Positions 23,990 to 37,401 of a DNA stretch of 63,797 nucleotides are shown piece by piece. The notes under the pieces were generated by a model. That model searched no databases, was not told the origin of the DNA, and worked only from the letters and a program-made list of their open reading frames with translations. This stretch comes from Dendrobates tinctorius (Eukaryota). Position numbers and translations under genes: made by a program. The DNA lies in assembly GCF_039654945.1 (NCBI RefSeq), contig NW_027361898.1:1178204-1242000 (forward strand). The letters are read 5' to 3'. Positions within the stretch are counted from its first letter, which is position 1. The number at the start of each line of letters is the position of its first letter.

Positions 23990-26900
23990 GTCTTTTTTAT
24001 TATAAAATACTTCACAACATAACAAAATAAAACACAACAGAACAAAACTCCAATAAAAAAACACTAACAAAATCAGACACAAAACACAAAGAAATAGAAC
24101 AGAAACGGAAACAATGAAGAAAGATTTCGACCTACAAATGGGAATATGAAAATAAAATTAAAGAAACAAATTAAAACGAAAAAGGAAAAAAAAACAACGA
24201 AATTACCATAATTACACGAGCACCCCCTTAAAATAATAAATATAAAATCATGTAAAACCCCCCTGACCCAGCTTCATTCTTACTATTATATACAACCCCA
24301 AGCTACATCTACACCGTCCTATATACAATATTTTATACACTGTATACAATATAAACATATGATATCAACCAGAATATCATACATAACATCAAAACACAAC
24401 AAATACCCACTGGTCCCACCGCCTTACCTCACAACCTCCCCCTTACTCCACCACATTCACACTTAAGACAAACCTATTACAAACATGATACAAAAATTAA
24501 CAAAATTTATTTTTCTATTTTTTGCTTTTTTTTTTTTAATTTACATTATACTATATAACTACACATCTACTCTAACTATCCCGCCACCCCTGATCCAGCT
24601 CTGGCCGCAAAGTTCAGGAATTCTCCGATCTACGATCAGGCCCCAAAGTCTTTCCCCAGGCGGGACCTGGGCCAGGCCAGACCAGTCTCTAATCACCACT
24701 GTTGAAACACCCCCATCCCCCCCACCCAACCTAACTGACCCTCTATTATACAAAATATATACAATACATACATTACACTATATACAATATACACATAAAC
24801 CAACGTTACAGAACACAACCTACATACTCACCACTTAAGGCTCAAGTTTGATGCATGCAAACCTTCTATTCAGGAGACAGAAATTAAAAGAAAAACTCTA
24901 GAGTGAAAAGACATGAGCCCACCACCAGGATGTAGTTGTACTAACGGACTAAGGCACCCCGAAGGAGAAACCCCTCCAGAAATAGGCCGCCCTCTGGGCA
25001 CCCAGTCTTTCTTACTCCAGAGAACGGACCTTCACCAGTGCACCTAGGATGCAGCTATAAACTTCGACTACGCGGAGGATTTTACTCTGCGTCGAAACTA
25101 AAACTCGTGCGTTCCACGTGAAGTACCTGACCACTGTGCTGACTATAAATAAAGTGACTCTGTCCCTTCTCCCGAAGTCTCCGAACGCTCCATAGGCCCA
25201 CTCGGCATAGGACAGAGGAGTAGCCAGCCACGGCCAACCAATGGAAGCTCCCACCCTGTTGTACACCTCTGCATTAAAGGGACAATGAAGTAGGAAGTGC
25301 TCCATGCATTCCAGCATGTTGGCACAAGCCTCACGGGGCAATTCCTGTCCTGTGAGCTCCTGTACTTAAGATTGCCCTTCACATACAACTTACCTTGGAA
25401 GCAGCGCCAAGTCAAGTCCCAGTACTTATTGGGGATCCTATTAGAATTTGACATACTCAACCCAACCTCTAGATCCTGACTTGGGGCAGTCCTTTGAGCA
25501 CCAGTGGACTCTGAAAATGCGAAAGCAAGACCCGCATGTCAAGGAGTTTCCTCGGGAGGGACCTCACCTCCCACATTCCCAGACCCCACCAGCACATCAT
25601 TTACAGAACTGGGGTATTAAAAGCCAGGAGATGCCCGTGCGGTGTGTGAAGATCCTTCAATCTTCCCCCTGACTCCCATTCCTGGAAGAAAGGCTGAAAC
25701 CATCCCTTGCAGGAGAATACCCACGGTGGAGCCCTCTCTTTCCAGAGGTTTGCCATGCTGACCTTCAAAAAGGTGTTCACTAGGAACACCACGGGGTTCA
25801 CCATATTCAACCCCCCTAGTCTCCTCGTGCGGTAAGTGACCTTCCGCTTGACTAGGTTGTCTATTCCCCCATAACATTTGAAAGAACAGACTGTAGACCC
25901 GAGTCCAGAGAGGCTCTGGCAAGACACAGACGCTGCCCAGGTAGATTAGCAAGGGGAGCAAGAAAGCCTTGCACAGGCCAACCCTTTCCCTCAGGGTCAA
26001 AGACCAACCCTTCCATTGGTCCACTCTTTGGGCGACACCTTTGGTTCTGCCTTCCCAGTTTTTCGTGGAGTAATCCCCCTGGCCAAATTCGATGCCTAGG
26101 ACTTTGACGTGTTCTTGGGTTCGGATAGGGTGTCCGGAAGATCAAACCCGGGATCCCTGCCTTCCAGCCAGAGACTCTCACACTTGTCCTGGTTGACCTT
26201 GGACCCGGAAGCCTCCGAGTAGCTCTCCACTTCTGACATCACCAACGCCTCCTCTCGTGAAGAAACAAAAACGGTGACCGTCCGCGTAGGCCACTACCCT
26301 CTGGATAGCCTCTGGCGCCACCCCGCCCATCCTCCTGCCAACGGTCCATAACCGTCCCTTTTGAGGAAGGGATCGATCGCAAACGCGTAATGCAAAGGGC
26401 TAAGAGGGCAGCCCTGGCGGACACCAGATCCTACCTCGAAGGGTTGTCCAATCCACCCGTTTACCAGAGGGAAAGTCTCAGCCCCAGAGTACATGGTCCT
26501 AAGCCAGTCCACAAACCCCCCAAGCACACTGTACCTCAAAAGAGTGGACCAGAGGTAATCGTGGTCAACTCAATTCAAAGCCTTTGCCTGATCCAGGGTC
26601 AGCAGGAACCCCTTCCAAAGGCCCGCCCTGCCTTGCTCCACGGCCTCTCGGACACCTAGAACAGCACTGAAAGTGCTACGGCAAGGAACGCAACAGTGCT
26701 GAGCCTCCGAAAGGAGCCACAATGCAAACTTCACCAGCCTGTTGAAAAGTATCTTAGCTAAAACCTTCCTGTCCACACTGAGAAGTGCTATGGGACGCCA
26801 ATTCTCAATGCGTGACGGATCCTTACCCTTTGACAAAATGATCAAAGCTGACCTCCTTAATGATCTCGGCAGAGTGCCGGAGGAGAGACACTCATTAAAT

Positions 26901-27141
26901 GCCTGAGTCAAGAGGGGGACCAAAGAGTCCCTAAAGGTCCTAAAGAACTCGGATGTTAAGCCGTCCGGACCTGGTGATTTTCTTGGGGCCCGAGACCATC
27001 GATCGCCAGTCTCTCTTCCTCTTCTTTGATCGCTTCTGCCAAAAAGTTCAGTGAGAGGTCAGCCCCTGGCTCAGGAACAGCTTCAGCCAGTAAAGCCGAC
27101 ATCCTGTCACGATCCAGTTCCCTCCTTCCCAAGAGGTGCGA

Positions 27142-27775
27142 TGAAACCAATTAACCTGTTTACAAACAATGCCACAAAGAAACGGTAGAAAAATAAATAA
27201 TATAACAGATATCATTTAAGGTTCCTATTTCCAACGTTTTTAAGTGGATGCTAATGGAAGAATGGTAGACCATTCGAGGGAAACTTCCATACCGAACCAA
27301 AAGAAAAAACCCGAATTTATGGTCAACAATAGGAATAATTAAAATATTAAAACATAAATGAGATTAAAATACCTTTATTATATAATAGTGGTACATATAT
27401 ATAGAAAAGCAATGTGTGCTCAGATTGATTAAAACATATACCTATATAGGTTTAGTAAACGGCATACACAACGGTCCACATATATGAAAAAAATGTAATT
27501 ACTCCTTCTTTATACTTGTCCTATGGGAAAGTGACATAAAATATAAAGAGCCAAACCTAATATATCTAGGCTCAAAAGAGTGTCTGTGTATTCAAGACAA
27601 AAGTACAAGAGTGAAATATAAACCAACAGCGGTGGAATATTCATACAAATATATAAAGTGCAGAGTGCAAAAAATAGCAATGGGAGTGAAAAAGGACAAA
27701 TGAGGGTGTATACCTTTAAGGACCGCTGGTAAACGAGCAACACAGCCCCGACGCGCGTTTCGGAATGAATCACAC
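27142..27775 (-). mobile_element. Penelope-like element terminal (pLTR) fragment inserted in LINE A
   Basis: ~630-bp AT-rich insert absent from copy B, replacing 184 bp; begins (minus strand) with a minimal hammerhead motif and contains AATAAA. Confidence 0.65.
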
Positions 27776-27783
27776 CTCTTCAG
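27745..27783 (-). ncRNA. Minimal hammerhead ribozyme motif (Penelope type); stem I probably broken
   Basis: Minus strand CUGAAGA-GGUGUGAUUCAUUCC-GAAA-C-GCGC-GUC-GGGGC. Confidence 0.65.
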
Positions 27784-28789
27784 CAAGGACTTCACACCGG
27801 AGATCTCCTTGCGGCTACCTCCAGTCGAGACAAGATGCTCGAGTCTCCTCAGGCTCTGATACAGGTGATCCCTGTTCAGGCTTCTGAGGTTCGAGAGTTG
27901 CCGGAAGAATCTCGCCACCCGATGTTTGAACATCTCCCACCACTCTGACTTAGTGCTACTTAGGCCCTGCAGCGGTACCTGGCTCTGAAGAAAATCCTCA
28001 AAGGACCATCTTACAGCTTCTTGCTGAAGGAGTGACGAATTCAGCTTCCAATAACCCCTTCCCATCCTAGGAGTCTCTGTAACGTTCAGAGAAAACATAA
28101 TCAAACAGTCATCGGAGAACTCCACAACCGACAACGGCTAGGAGACTGCTTCCTCCTTCAAATAAAACCTATCTATCCTAGACCTGCACTAACTACCTCT
28201 GGAAAAAAAAAGTGAATCCCGTGTTGCCTGTGTTGTGCCGGATGTGGACATCCACCAGGCGTGCATCGCTTACTATCCTGTTTAGCGCGACGCAGTCATA
28301 AGTCAGCCGTTCCCCAGAACCTCCTCTATCACAGGGTCTCGTGACGTTGTTGAAATCCCCTCCAAAGACCACCTGCCGACTCAAAAATAAAGATTTGATC
28401 TTCATGAAGAGACATTTGCGGTCCCACTTAAATTGGGGACCGTAGATGTTAATGAGCCGAAGCTCCTTTCCCCCCATGGAGATATCTAGGCATCTCCCCA
28501 TTTCTAGTTCAATTAATCGTCTGCATTCAACCGCTGCGGTCTTAAAAAGGACCGCCACCCCGCTATACGGCTCGGCCGCAAGAGACCAGTAGGAGGGCCC
28601 ATGCCTCCACTCCCGCCTTGCTTTATGCATGGTTGATAGGTCAGTCAACCTGGTCTCCTTCAAAAACAAAATTTCGGAATCAAGTTGGCCGAGAAAATGA
28701 AAGGCTGTGCACCTTGCCGATTCTGACTTTATGCTGGCAACATTAATGGTTGCCATCGTCAACGGTGTGGGTGCCGCCATCATGATTGA

Positions 28790-31700
28790 ATTAGTCTTTT
28801 TCTTCCCACCCCCAACAGTTTCACACTCTTCATCCGACAATGATGAGCTTTTAGTGCGCTTAAGACACACACTCATCCATTCTCTCCTTACATACACTCT
28901 GACCCTTGTCTGGTGGTCCTGAGGTAGTCCCCCCCCCCCTCCCCAGAGGGCCCTTTAATTGCTCCCTGAGAAGAAGACTCAGCGACCTCCTGAGCCCCAA
29001 CATCCTTGTCCGCAACCTCCGGCTCCGGGTTCCCGTCCTCCCCCTCTGTAGGGGAGTCCTGGAGGGCCCCGTACCAGTTGGAGAGATCCACCAGAGGGGG
29101 GGGCGGCTGGACCTTCCAATGGCACCTGGATCAGGGCTAGAGAATCAGAGGGGTAGCTCTCCATGGCGGAGGCTCGAGACCCGGACCCACTCTTACCCTT
29201 GGTTGTTTTCCTGTTACCCTTTTTCCTTTGTTTTGACCATTCCCCCTCTCCCTCATCCAGACTGTCACCGGATGAAGGTTCCTGGGAAGACATGGCGTCC
29301 GCCTGCTCCTCCCTTTCAAGTCTCCTGTCTTTAGGATCCTCAGCTGCGAGTGAAGTACCCGGGTCAGGGTTTAGGGTCATTACTCTCTGCCCCCTGTTCC
29401 CATGGCGCTGCTCCTGCCGCCTGATATTGGATGGCGGCAGCTTGCTTCTCACTGGTTCTCTGCCTCCTCCGCCCCTACTGGTCCCTTCACCAGCAAGATT
29501 AGTCCCGGCTTTTGCCTGTCCCGCACCTGCCGCTTTCAGGACCGCATTGGCAAAGGAACGCGGACAGCGACTGAACGGATGACTGAGGTCACCACACAAG
29601 TTACACCTAATCCTACCACAGGTAGCAGCGAAATGGCCGAGATCCCCACACAGTGTGCATTTCTGGGTGGTACACTGCGCACGAAAGTGTGTGGGGCTGC
29701 CACACCTGTGACAGACCTTACGCTGCCCATGGTAAAAAATCAGGGTCTTGTCCCTCTCCAAAAATGTTGACGAAGGTATATGGGTAACCGTGTTTCCTGA
29801 AACCTTCAATTTCACCATGAAGGTCCAGGCCCCTGACCTGAAACCATGGTTGTTGCGTGTCTTCTCAGGAATGCCGACGATGTCGCCATATCGACCAATC
29901 CAGGTGGAGATGTCCATACAGGAAAGTGACTTGTTGCTGGTCAAAGCGGTCACCTTCCTGACTGAGTTCTGGCGGGATATTGCGACAGGAACGAAACCTT
30001 GCCATTCTGGGCGACCCCAAGCCAGCTCATGGCGATACCAAAAGAGCTCAAGGCCCTCCGGTCTCACGAAGCGGACATCGGAGTAGGAGGTCCCATAGGG
30101 ATGGATCAAGGCAAAGATGTATGCCGCGAAGCCTATCCCCAGCAGGAGCTCAGCAACCTTTGACCGATCAGGACAGGCATCCTTGCTTACCCACTGGAAG
30201 GGGGCCACGTTCCTACGGTTACTCCTCTGCCCCGGTGTCGGCAGAGACCAGACAGTCTCCGCTCCTCTATCTCAGAAGGCAGAAAGACCATGTCTCTCTA
30301 TCCAGAAAGACAGATCAACCTCCCTCCCCTCTACATTGATGGAACGTTCCCCTTTCTTCAGGGCGCCCAGGAAGTGCTCCTGCAAGTCACTGTCCCCAGG
30401 GCCACCAGACAAGGGCGCACTACTACCCCCAGCAGTGACAGCTCCTGAATAGCTAGGGGCTGAAGCCCTCGCCACCACTGAGGGGGCAGTAGGACCACTA
30501 CCTACTTCCCCTCCACCAACACCAGTGCTGCTCTCCTCATTCACTCCACCACTACTCCCTCCATTCACTCCACCAATACTCCCACCATTTTCGGCACCAC
30601 AACTCCCATTATTCACTCCACAACTACTCCCATCATTCACCCCATTACCACTGTTCTCTACACCTTCCGTAGTCACATCCATTCCTTCCTCCCTTGTGTC
30701 TGCAGTCTCTGCACTCACACCTGCCGGGCCGGGGGAGGGGTGCAGCACCACACCCGTGTTAATAAGTTCAGTGTTAACTTTGTGCTGTGCTTTTGGATCA
30801 CCTGCTCCTTAATGCCCTGGGCAGAATGTTTGTCAGCCACCTGCCCTGTAGCCACAGACTATGGGGGTTTAGTGACTTTTTTTTGCCGCCGGGGCACACT
30901 GCGCCCAGTATTTTTGCTAGTTTGTTTTCCCTTGCTGCTTTTCTGCAGGAATATTCCTGACATGTGATTCCCCTGTTCCAGCTGCGCGCCTCTTCTCCTC
31001 TGTTGAGGCGTACTGCGCCCCTGTCACAACAGAGCTTCCCCCTTTCGCCGCATTCTCCTCGGCCCTGCCCCCCACAGCCTCAGCGTCGGCCGGGTCAGCT
31101 GCAGTGAGCAGGGATGGAGTCTGCCCACACCGTCCCCCTTTTGCAACGGCGTGGACATCCCCCCGCTCTCCTCGGCCACGGTGATAACCGGCTTAGCCGC
31201 AGGAGGCAGGGAGGGAAACTCCTCGGGGTCCCCTATGTCCGGCGCCGTGAGTACCTCCACAGCCTCACCCCCTGCATTGTTCCCCGCACAGATGGCAGCA
31301 TTGCCGGACGTCCTCATCCTCTCCACCTTGCCTATGCACCGGACCCACTGCAGAGCCCGTGCTTTTAGGTTTGGTGGGGTTTACACAGTAGGTGATAGGT
31401 GTAACATCACACATTGGTACATATTTGTAACTCGCCACCTCCCGTACAGTCTCCTTCGACTTCTTCCTCTTTTTCTTTGTTTCCTCCACTGGCACGTTCT
31501 CACCAAATGAAAGTCAGGTCTACAGGAGACTCCAGCTCTCGGATCTCCCTCAGTAGACCGCACTCCTCCTCTTCCTCCACTGACACTCCAGCCTGGGTTG
31601 TCGGAGTCCTCTGCCGTGCTGGGAGGCCGCTTCCTTGTTGGCTCTGCGACTATTTCTCCCGGATTGTTCCAGCACGTGGGACTCCAGCCACGACTTCATC

Positions 31701-32223
31701 GTCCTCCTCGCTTAGGACGCCGGCTGGCAGTTCTCCTGAGGTATTTAACCCCTTCATTTCTGAGAACCGCCGCTGGTTCTTAAACCTCTCCTGGAAGGGA
31801 TCTGTTTTCTCAATCCCCTCCCGGAGGAGCCCTAACCTGACCACCTCATCTCTGAGGACTTTAAATATCTGGGAGGTCGCGGGTCTTTCCTTGTTAAAGG
31901 CACGGGTGTACAGGATCCTGCAGCTGCTCCTTTAGCCCGGTCAGTGCTTTGCCGGTGTCCTCGTACTCTCGCAACATCGCGACCACTGGGGAGGAGAAGG
32001 AGCTCGTGGACTCGCTGGAGGTCATCTCCCCCCATGATGTTGCTGGGCTCTTCCTGGGGTGCCCCTGTCTCCCTCTCTGGGCGGACAATGAGCCGTCTCG
32101 GGGTTGGAGTAGATGGGTACGGTCTTTCTCATCCCACCAGGTCTCCTCACTCCCTCCTGGGCTGGTTGCTGCTGCTCTCTACCCCCTGCCGGCACAGACC
32201 GGGAAACAAGTCTGGGAAGCCAT
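28790..32223 (-). pseudogene. LINE copy A ORF1 (ZCCHC3-like domains + 3 zinc knuckles), disrupted
   Basis: CHRCGSPTHFRAQC, CTLCGDLGHFAATC, CNLCGDLSHPFSRC; upstream fragments match copy B. Confidence 0.8.
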
Positions 32224-32333
32224 GCCTGGCTCCCAGGAAGCCTGCCTCTGGGGAGAAGAGAGGCAGACTCTGGGCCTCCTCCTGGAAGTCCTGGAGCAAA
32301 CTGGACAGGTGCTGCTCTCAGCAGGGTGTGACT

Positions 32334-32403
32334 GATTGTAGTCACCTGTCCTGCAGTCACCTCTCCCCAGTAATGGCTGATAACAGGGAGTAATAGATTG
32401 TAG
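32334..32403. repeat. Single 62-bp minisatellite unit separating the two LINEs
   Basis: Nearly identical to unit 23920-23981, followed again by GATTGTAG. Confidence 0.95.
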
Positions 32404-33069
32404 GTCTTTTTTATTATAAAATCCTTCACGACATTACAAAATAAAACACAACAGAGCAAATGTAAGAAAAAAAACTCCAATCAGAAACAATATGACAAAA
32501 TCAGACACAAACACAAAGAAATAAACCAGAAAGGAAAACAAGGGAAATTCTCTCACCTATGACAGCACCACGGAGAGAGGGGATCCGCCTTTCAGGGACA
32601 GGAACCTACAGAAAAAGGGCGGTACCTCTCCTCCGCCTTCAGTTGGGTTCCTGTCCCTGACGGAGGGACCCACAGGACTGTACCTGTGCATCCAAGAGTC
32701 CGGGGCCGGCCTGTCCGGTAATCGGCAGCGGGGAGGCCCCTGTCGCGGCAGGTGCGGTGCCCGAAGCCGCCACTGCCGGGGCCGATGCGGGCTGCCGAGC
32801 GAGTGGGGGGGAAGACGTCTGAGTCGCCGCTCCGGAAAGGAGATCGGGGCTCAGCGGGACCCGGTGGAGCGTGGGCACCGCCATGGTACGGAGAGTACCA
32901 AGATGGCCGCTGCCCCGGAAGTAGAGCAGCGACTTCCGGGTCCCGGAACCGGGCGCATGCGCAGGAGCGCGCTCCCCGACCAGCGTGTGCAGGGGGAGCG
33001 GTGACATCACGGGGCTCTAAGTTTAAAAAGGTGAGGCGCAGAAACTCCTGGCTGGAAGCGATCCTAATA

Positions 33070-34552
33070 ATGGAGGATAGCGACCAGCAACAGGAGCAGA
33101 GGCAGCAGCTGAAACAGCAGCAACACCACCACCGACAAAAGGAACGAAACAGCGCCATTCCAGCAGTTTCTCCACGCGACGTAGTACGTCAGCGGCGAGG
33201 AGCAAAACGCCACCAGGAGATCAGCCAATACTGGACCTGACTCCGTCTACCGAACCGGTACCTGCAGCCGCGCGCCTTTTTTGGGGTAAGTGATCTTCGT
33301 GAATGTCACCCTTGTAATGCAATCCCTCTCCCTTATTAGGGAAAGAAGGCTAAAAAGAACAGAGAATGTCCCACTTGCACTAAACCCCTACCGGTATCAT
33401 GGGAGAAAAAACTATGCGAGTCCTGTACAAAAGAAATTGTTTGTCAGGAGACTCCGGATTTTGCATCTGACCTAAGGGCCGCAATTAAATCAGAGGTCCA
33501 GAGTGCCCTCGAATCCCTTAAACATAAGGATAAAACGAGGAAAAAAGACACGGTAGAAATCTCCCAGTTAGATTCTACCACATCGGGAGAAATCTCGTCT
33601 AAATCCTCAGAATCCGGCTCCTCAGACGAGGAAACAGGAGGGTGCCATTGTTTTCCCCTAGAAGAGGTAGACAAACTAGTGAAAGCTGTAAGGTCTACCA
33701 TGGGGGTATTGGACCTGAGGCCGGATAAAACAGTCCAGGACATAATGTTCGAGGGACTAGGCCAGAAAAAACGGAGAGTATTTCCGCTGAACGAAATCGT
33801 CAAGGGTCTAATCAAAAAGGAATGGGATAAGCCAGATGGGAAAAATACTACGGTCCCTTCCCTTAAAAGGAAATATCCCTTTGAGGAGGAGTCATCCACG
33901 TCGGGATAGAGCCCTAAAACTCGATGTAGCAGTTGCTAAGGCCTCAAAGAAATTCGCCCTTCCCTTTGAGGACATGGGCACCCTCAGGGACCCCCTAGAT
34001 AAGAAGACGGATACCTTTCTAAAGGGGGCTTGGGAGTCGGCAGGTGGTAACCTCAGGCCAGCGATAGCGGCGACATGTACCTCAAGAGCCCTAATGGTAT
34101 GGGTGGACCAACTTGAGAAACAGCTGAGGGAAGGGACACCTAGAGATAAAATTTTAGACTCTATCCCAGTAATAAGGGGAGCGGCTGCATTCCTAGCGGA
34201 CTCATCGGCCGATTCAGTCAGACTATCGTCCAAAACAGCAGCACTTTCAAACGCGGCCCGAAGGACACTATGGCTTAAAAGTTGGCCAGGGGACCTACAG
34301 ACCAAAATGAAATTATGCTCCATCCCCTGTGAAGGAAAATTTCTTTTTGGGGAAACGTTAGATGACATCCTCCAGAAAGTAGGGGACAAGAAAAAAGGAT
34401 TCCCAAATTTAGGGCCAGCGGCATTTAAGAGACCCTTTCGGAATGAGGTTTTTTCAGAGAAGACCACCAAGGGAACAAAAGTGGGATGATAAAAGAAGAG
34501 ATAGAGGCTTCTTCTTTAATAACTCTCCCTGGGACAAAAAGCCCTCCAAGTG
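33070..34552 (+). pseudogene. DIRS copy 2 ORF1 (gag-like), frameshifted
   Basis: CPTC-x12-CESC finger; LPFEDMGTLRDPLDKK; SNAARRTLWLKSW. Confidence 0.8.
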
Positions 34553-36389
34553 ACAGTACGCCCAGGGTGGGGGGAAGGTTATCCTTTTTCCTTCCAGCCT
34601 GGAGGAGAATTTCAACAAACCCATGGATAATAAACCTAATCCAGGAGGGCCTAAGGATTAGACTTTCTCTCCCGCCTCAAAAATATGTAACAACGCCGCT
34701 GAGATCCAGCATGCAAGAACAGGAAGCGCTAGAAAGCGAGGTTCTAGGCCTAGTAAAAAAAGGAGTCCTCCAGGAGGTTCCCTTGCAGGATATGGGCAGA
34801 GGGTTCTACTCCCCCCTTTTTCTAGTGACCAAACCAGACGGCACCTTTCGTACAATTATAAATCTGAGAAAGCTAAACAAATACGTCAAGAACCAGAGCT
34901 TCAAAATGGAATCGATCAAATCTACCACCAAAGTCCTGTTCCCAAACTGCTACATGACGGTGTTGGACCTCAGCGACGCTTATTATCACGTCCCTATCCA
35001 CAAAGACTCCAGGAAGTATCTAAGGTTAGCCGTCTCAATAAAAGGCAAGGTGAAAGAATTCCACTACAGAGCCCTGCCATTCGGAATGTCGATAGCCCCG
35101 CGAGTATTCACCAAAATAGTAGCGGAAATGATGGCTCATATAGGGGAACAAGATATAATAATCCCGTATCTAGACGATTTTATAATAGCAGGCAGCTCGG
35201 CTCAAAAAATGCAGGGAAAAGAGAGACAGGGTGATGAACACTCTACAAGACCTGGGCTGGCTTCTAAATCTAAAAAAAATCAAGATTGGAGCCTAGCAGG
35301 GTACAAGAATTCTTGGGCCTAACGCTAGACTCAAACATTCAGGAGTGTCGCCTCCCAGACCACAAAAAGATCGCTCAAATTACAGCAAGAGCAATCCAAA
35401 ATCCCTCCATGACACTAAGGAAGGCCATGTCACTGTTGGGTTCACTATCTGCCTGCCTGCCAGCAGTTCAATGGGCTCAGTTACACACGAGAAATCTCCA
35501 GTGGGACGTATTGGCCAACCAGGCAGTAATACGGGGACACCTAGAGGGTCGCATTACCCTAAATTCAAGCACTATTCATTCCCTAGCTTGGTGGGAAAAC
35601 CAGGAGAATCTATCCAAAGGGATCCCCTGGGCATCAAAGATAACACACACAGTGACAACGGATGCCAGTCCCACAGGATGGGGAGCGCACATGAACAACG
35701 AGGTGACTCAGAGAGTATGGGGAAATCAAGAACTAAAAGCCTCCTCAAATCAAAAGGAGTTCTAGCAGTAGGCTATGCCCTAACACACTTCCTACCCCTA
35801 CTCCAGAACCACCATGTCCGTATCCTTTCGGACAATCGGGTCACAGTGGCCTATATAAATCACCAGGGGGGAACCAGGTCCCGAGCCCTAACACAAACTA
35901 GCGGAGGCAAACCTGTTATCTCTGACAGCCCTACACATCCGCGGTACAGAGAATCAAAGGGCAGACTTTCTGAGCCGCACCCAATTACGACAGGGGGAAT
36001 GGGTACTAAAGCAGTCCATTTTTCGGCAGATTGTAAAAATGTGGGGGACCCCAGACGTAGATCTGTTCGCCGACTTCAAAAACAATCCCAGGGGGAATCC
36101 TCTAACTCTGGACGCATTTATGCTCCCATGGACACAGAGTCTAACATATGCCTTTCCCCCAATCATGCTCATTCCAGCGGTCCTAAAGAAAGTCAGGGAG
36201 GACAGGGCGAGAATGATACTGATAGCCCCCTTCTGGCCCAAAAGAACCTGGTTTTCCTGGCTAAGAATGCTCTCAGTAACAGACCCATGGGTCCTACCGG
36301 ATCTCCCGGACCTGCTATCGCAGGGCCCAGTGCTACATCCTCAGGCACCGAACCTCCATTTAACAGCATGGAATTTGAAAGGGCACTGA
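34486..36389 (+). pseudogene. DIRS copy 2 RT / RNase H / methyltransferase-like ORF, frameshifted
   Basis: LDLSDAYYH, ALPFG, PYLDDF, TTDASPTGWG, SDNRVTV, DVDLFA...YAFPP. Confidence 0.9.
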
Positions 36390-37401
36390 TGAGGGACAGG
36401 GATTTTTCAGAAAACCTGATAACTACACTACAAAAAAGTAGGAAACCGGTTACCATAAGAGCTTATGGCAGAACATGGAAAAAATTTCTATCCACCTCTA
36501 GGGCAAAGGTTCAGGACGGGGTTCAGATTGATAAGATCCTAGAATTTCTACAAAAGGGCCTAGAACAGGGTCTGGCGGTCAACACATTAAAAGTACAAAT
36601 AGCGGCGTTGGGCGCCCTCTATAACCATGATATGGCAGGTGACCCCTGGGTAGCACGGTTTATTAAAGCCGCAACCAGATCTAGGCCAATAGCCAGTCAA
36701 AGATTACCATCATGGGACCTGAATCTTGAACTTTCAACACTGACAGGCCCTCCGTTCGAACCAATTCACTCGGCACCCCTAAAAATCCTGTCTCTTAAAA
36801 CTGTGCTTCTGGTGGCACTAAACATCAGCCCGAAGAGTGAGCGATATTCAAGCCTTGTCAGCGGGACCTCCTTTTACAAAAATTCTAGAGGATAAAGTCA
36901 TCCTAAAACCTGACCCAGCCTATTTACCTAAAGTGTCATCACATTTTCACAGGTCCCAGAAGGTAGTCCTTCCTTCCTTTTGCCCAAATCCAAAAAATAA
37001 GGGGGAAGAAAAGCTCCACACTTTAGATGTTAAAAGGTGCCTAGTACAGTACTTAGAGGCCACCAAAAAGTGTAGGAAGGAAGGCTCTCTTTGTATGTTT
37101 CCAGGGTCCTCGGAAGGGGCTCAAAGCATCCAAGAGTACCCTGGCAAGGTGGATAAGGGATGCGATTGCCCTGGCATATTCATCCAGCGGGAATACCATC
37201 CCAGAGGGGCTGAGAGCTCATTCCACAAGGGCAATGGCGACCTCATGGGCTGAAAAATCTGAGGTATCAATAGAACAAATCTGTAAGGCGGCCACCTGGT
37301 CATCACCTTCGACCTTTTTTAGGCACTATAGATTAGATCTAGCCTCTACATCTGTCCTGACCTTCGGGAGAAGGGTCCTTCAAGCGGTGGTCCCTCCCTA
37401 A
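36389..37401 (+). pseudogene. DIRS copy 2 tyrosine recombinase, frameshifted
   Basis: WDLNL, SDIQAL, LDVKR, HSTR, TFFRHY. Confidence 0.88.

Larger units (their letters stand above)
24949..28783 (-). pseudogene. LINE copy A ORF2 (AP endonuclease + reverse transcriptase), disrupted
   Basis: TINVASIKS, LINIYGP, GGDFN, WRPIALL, DQAKA, GVRQGCPLSP, CPREAC-x-EHFLLHC; multiple frameshifts and an insertion. Confidence 0.9.
23990..32333 (-). mobile_element. Tx1/L1-clade non-LTR retrotransposon, copy A (full length, decayed)
   Basis: ORF1 with three CCHC knuckles, ORF2 APE-RT-Zn finger, ~950-bp 3' UTR ending AATAAAAAA; GATTGTAG duplicated on both flanks; colinear with copy B. Confidence 0.93.

Noticed and set aside
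35345-36895. 516-aa ORF as an intact gene
   Set aside because: Mosaic of overlap-frame, RNase H and YR segments joined by frameshifts in a decayed DIRS
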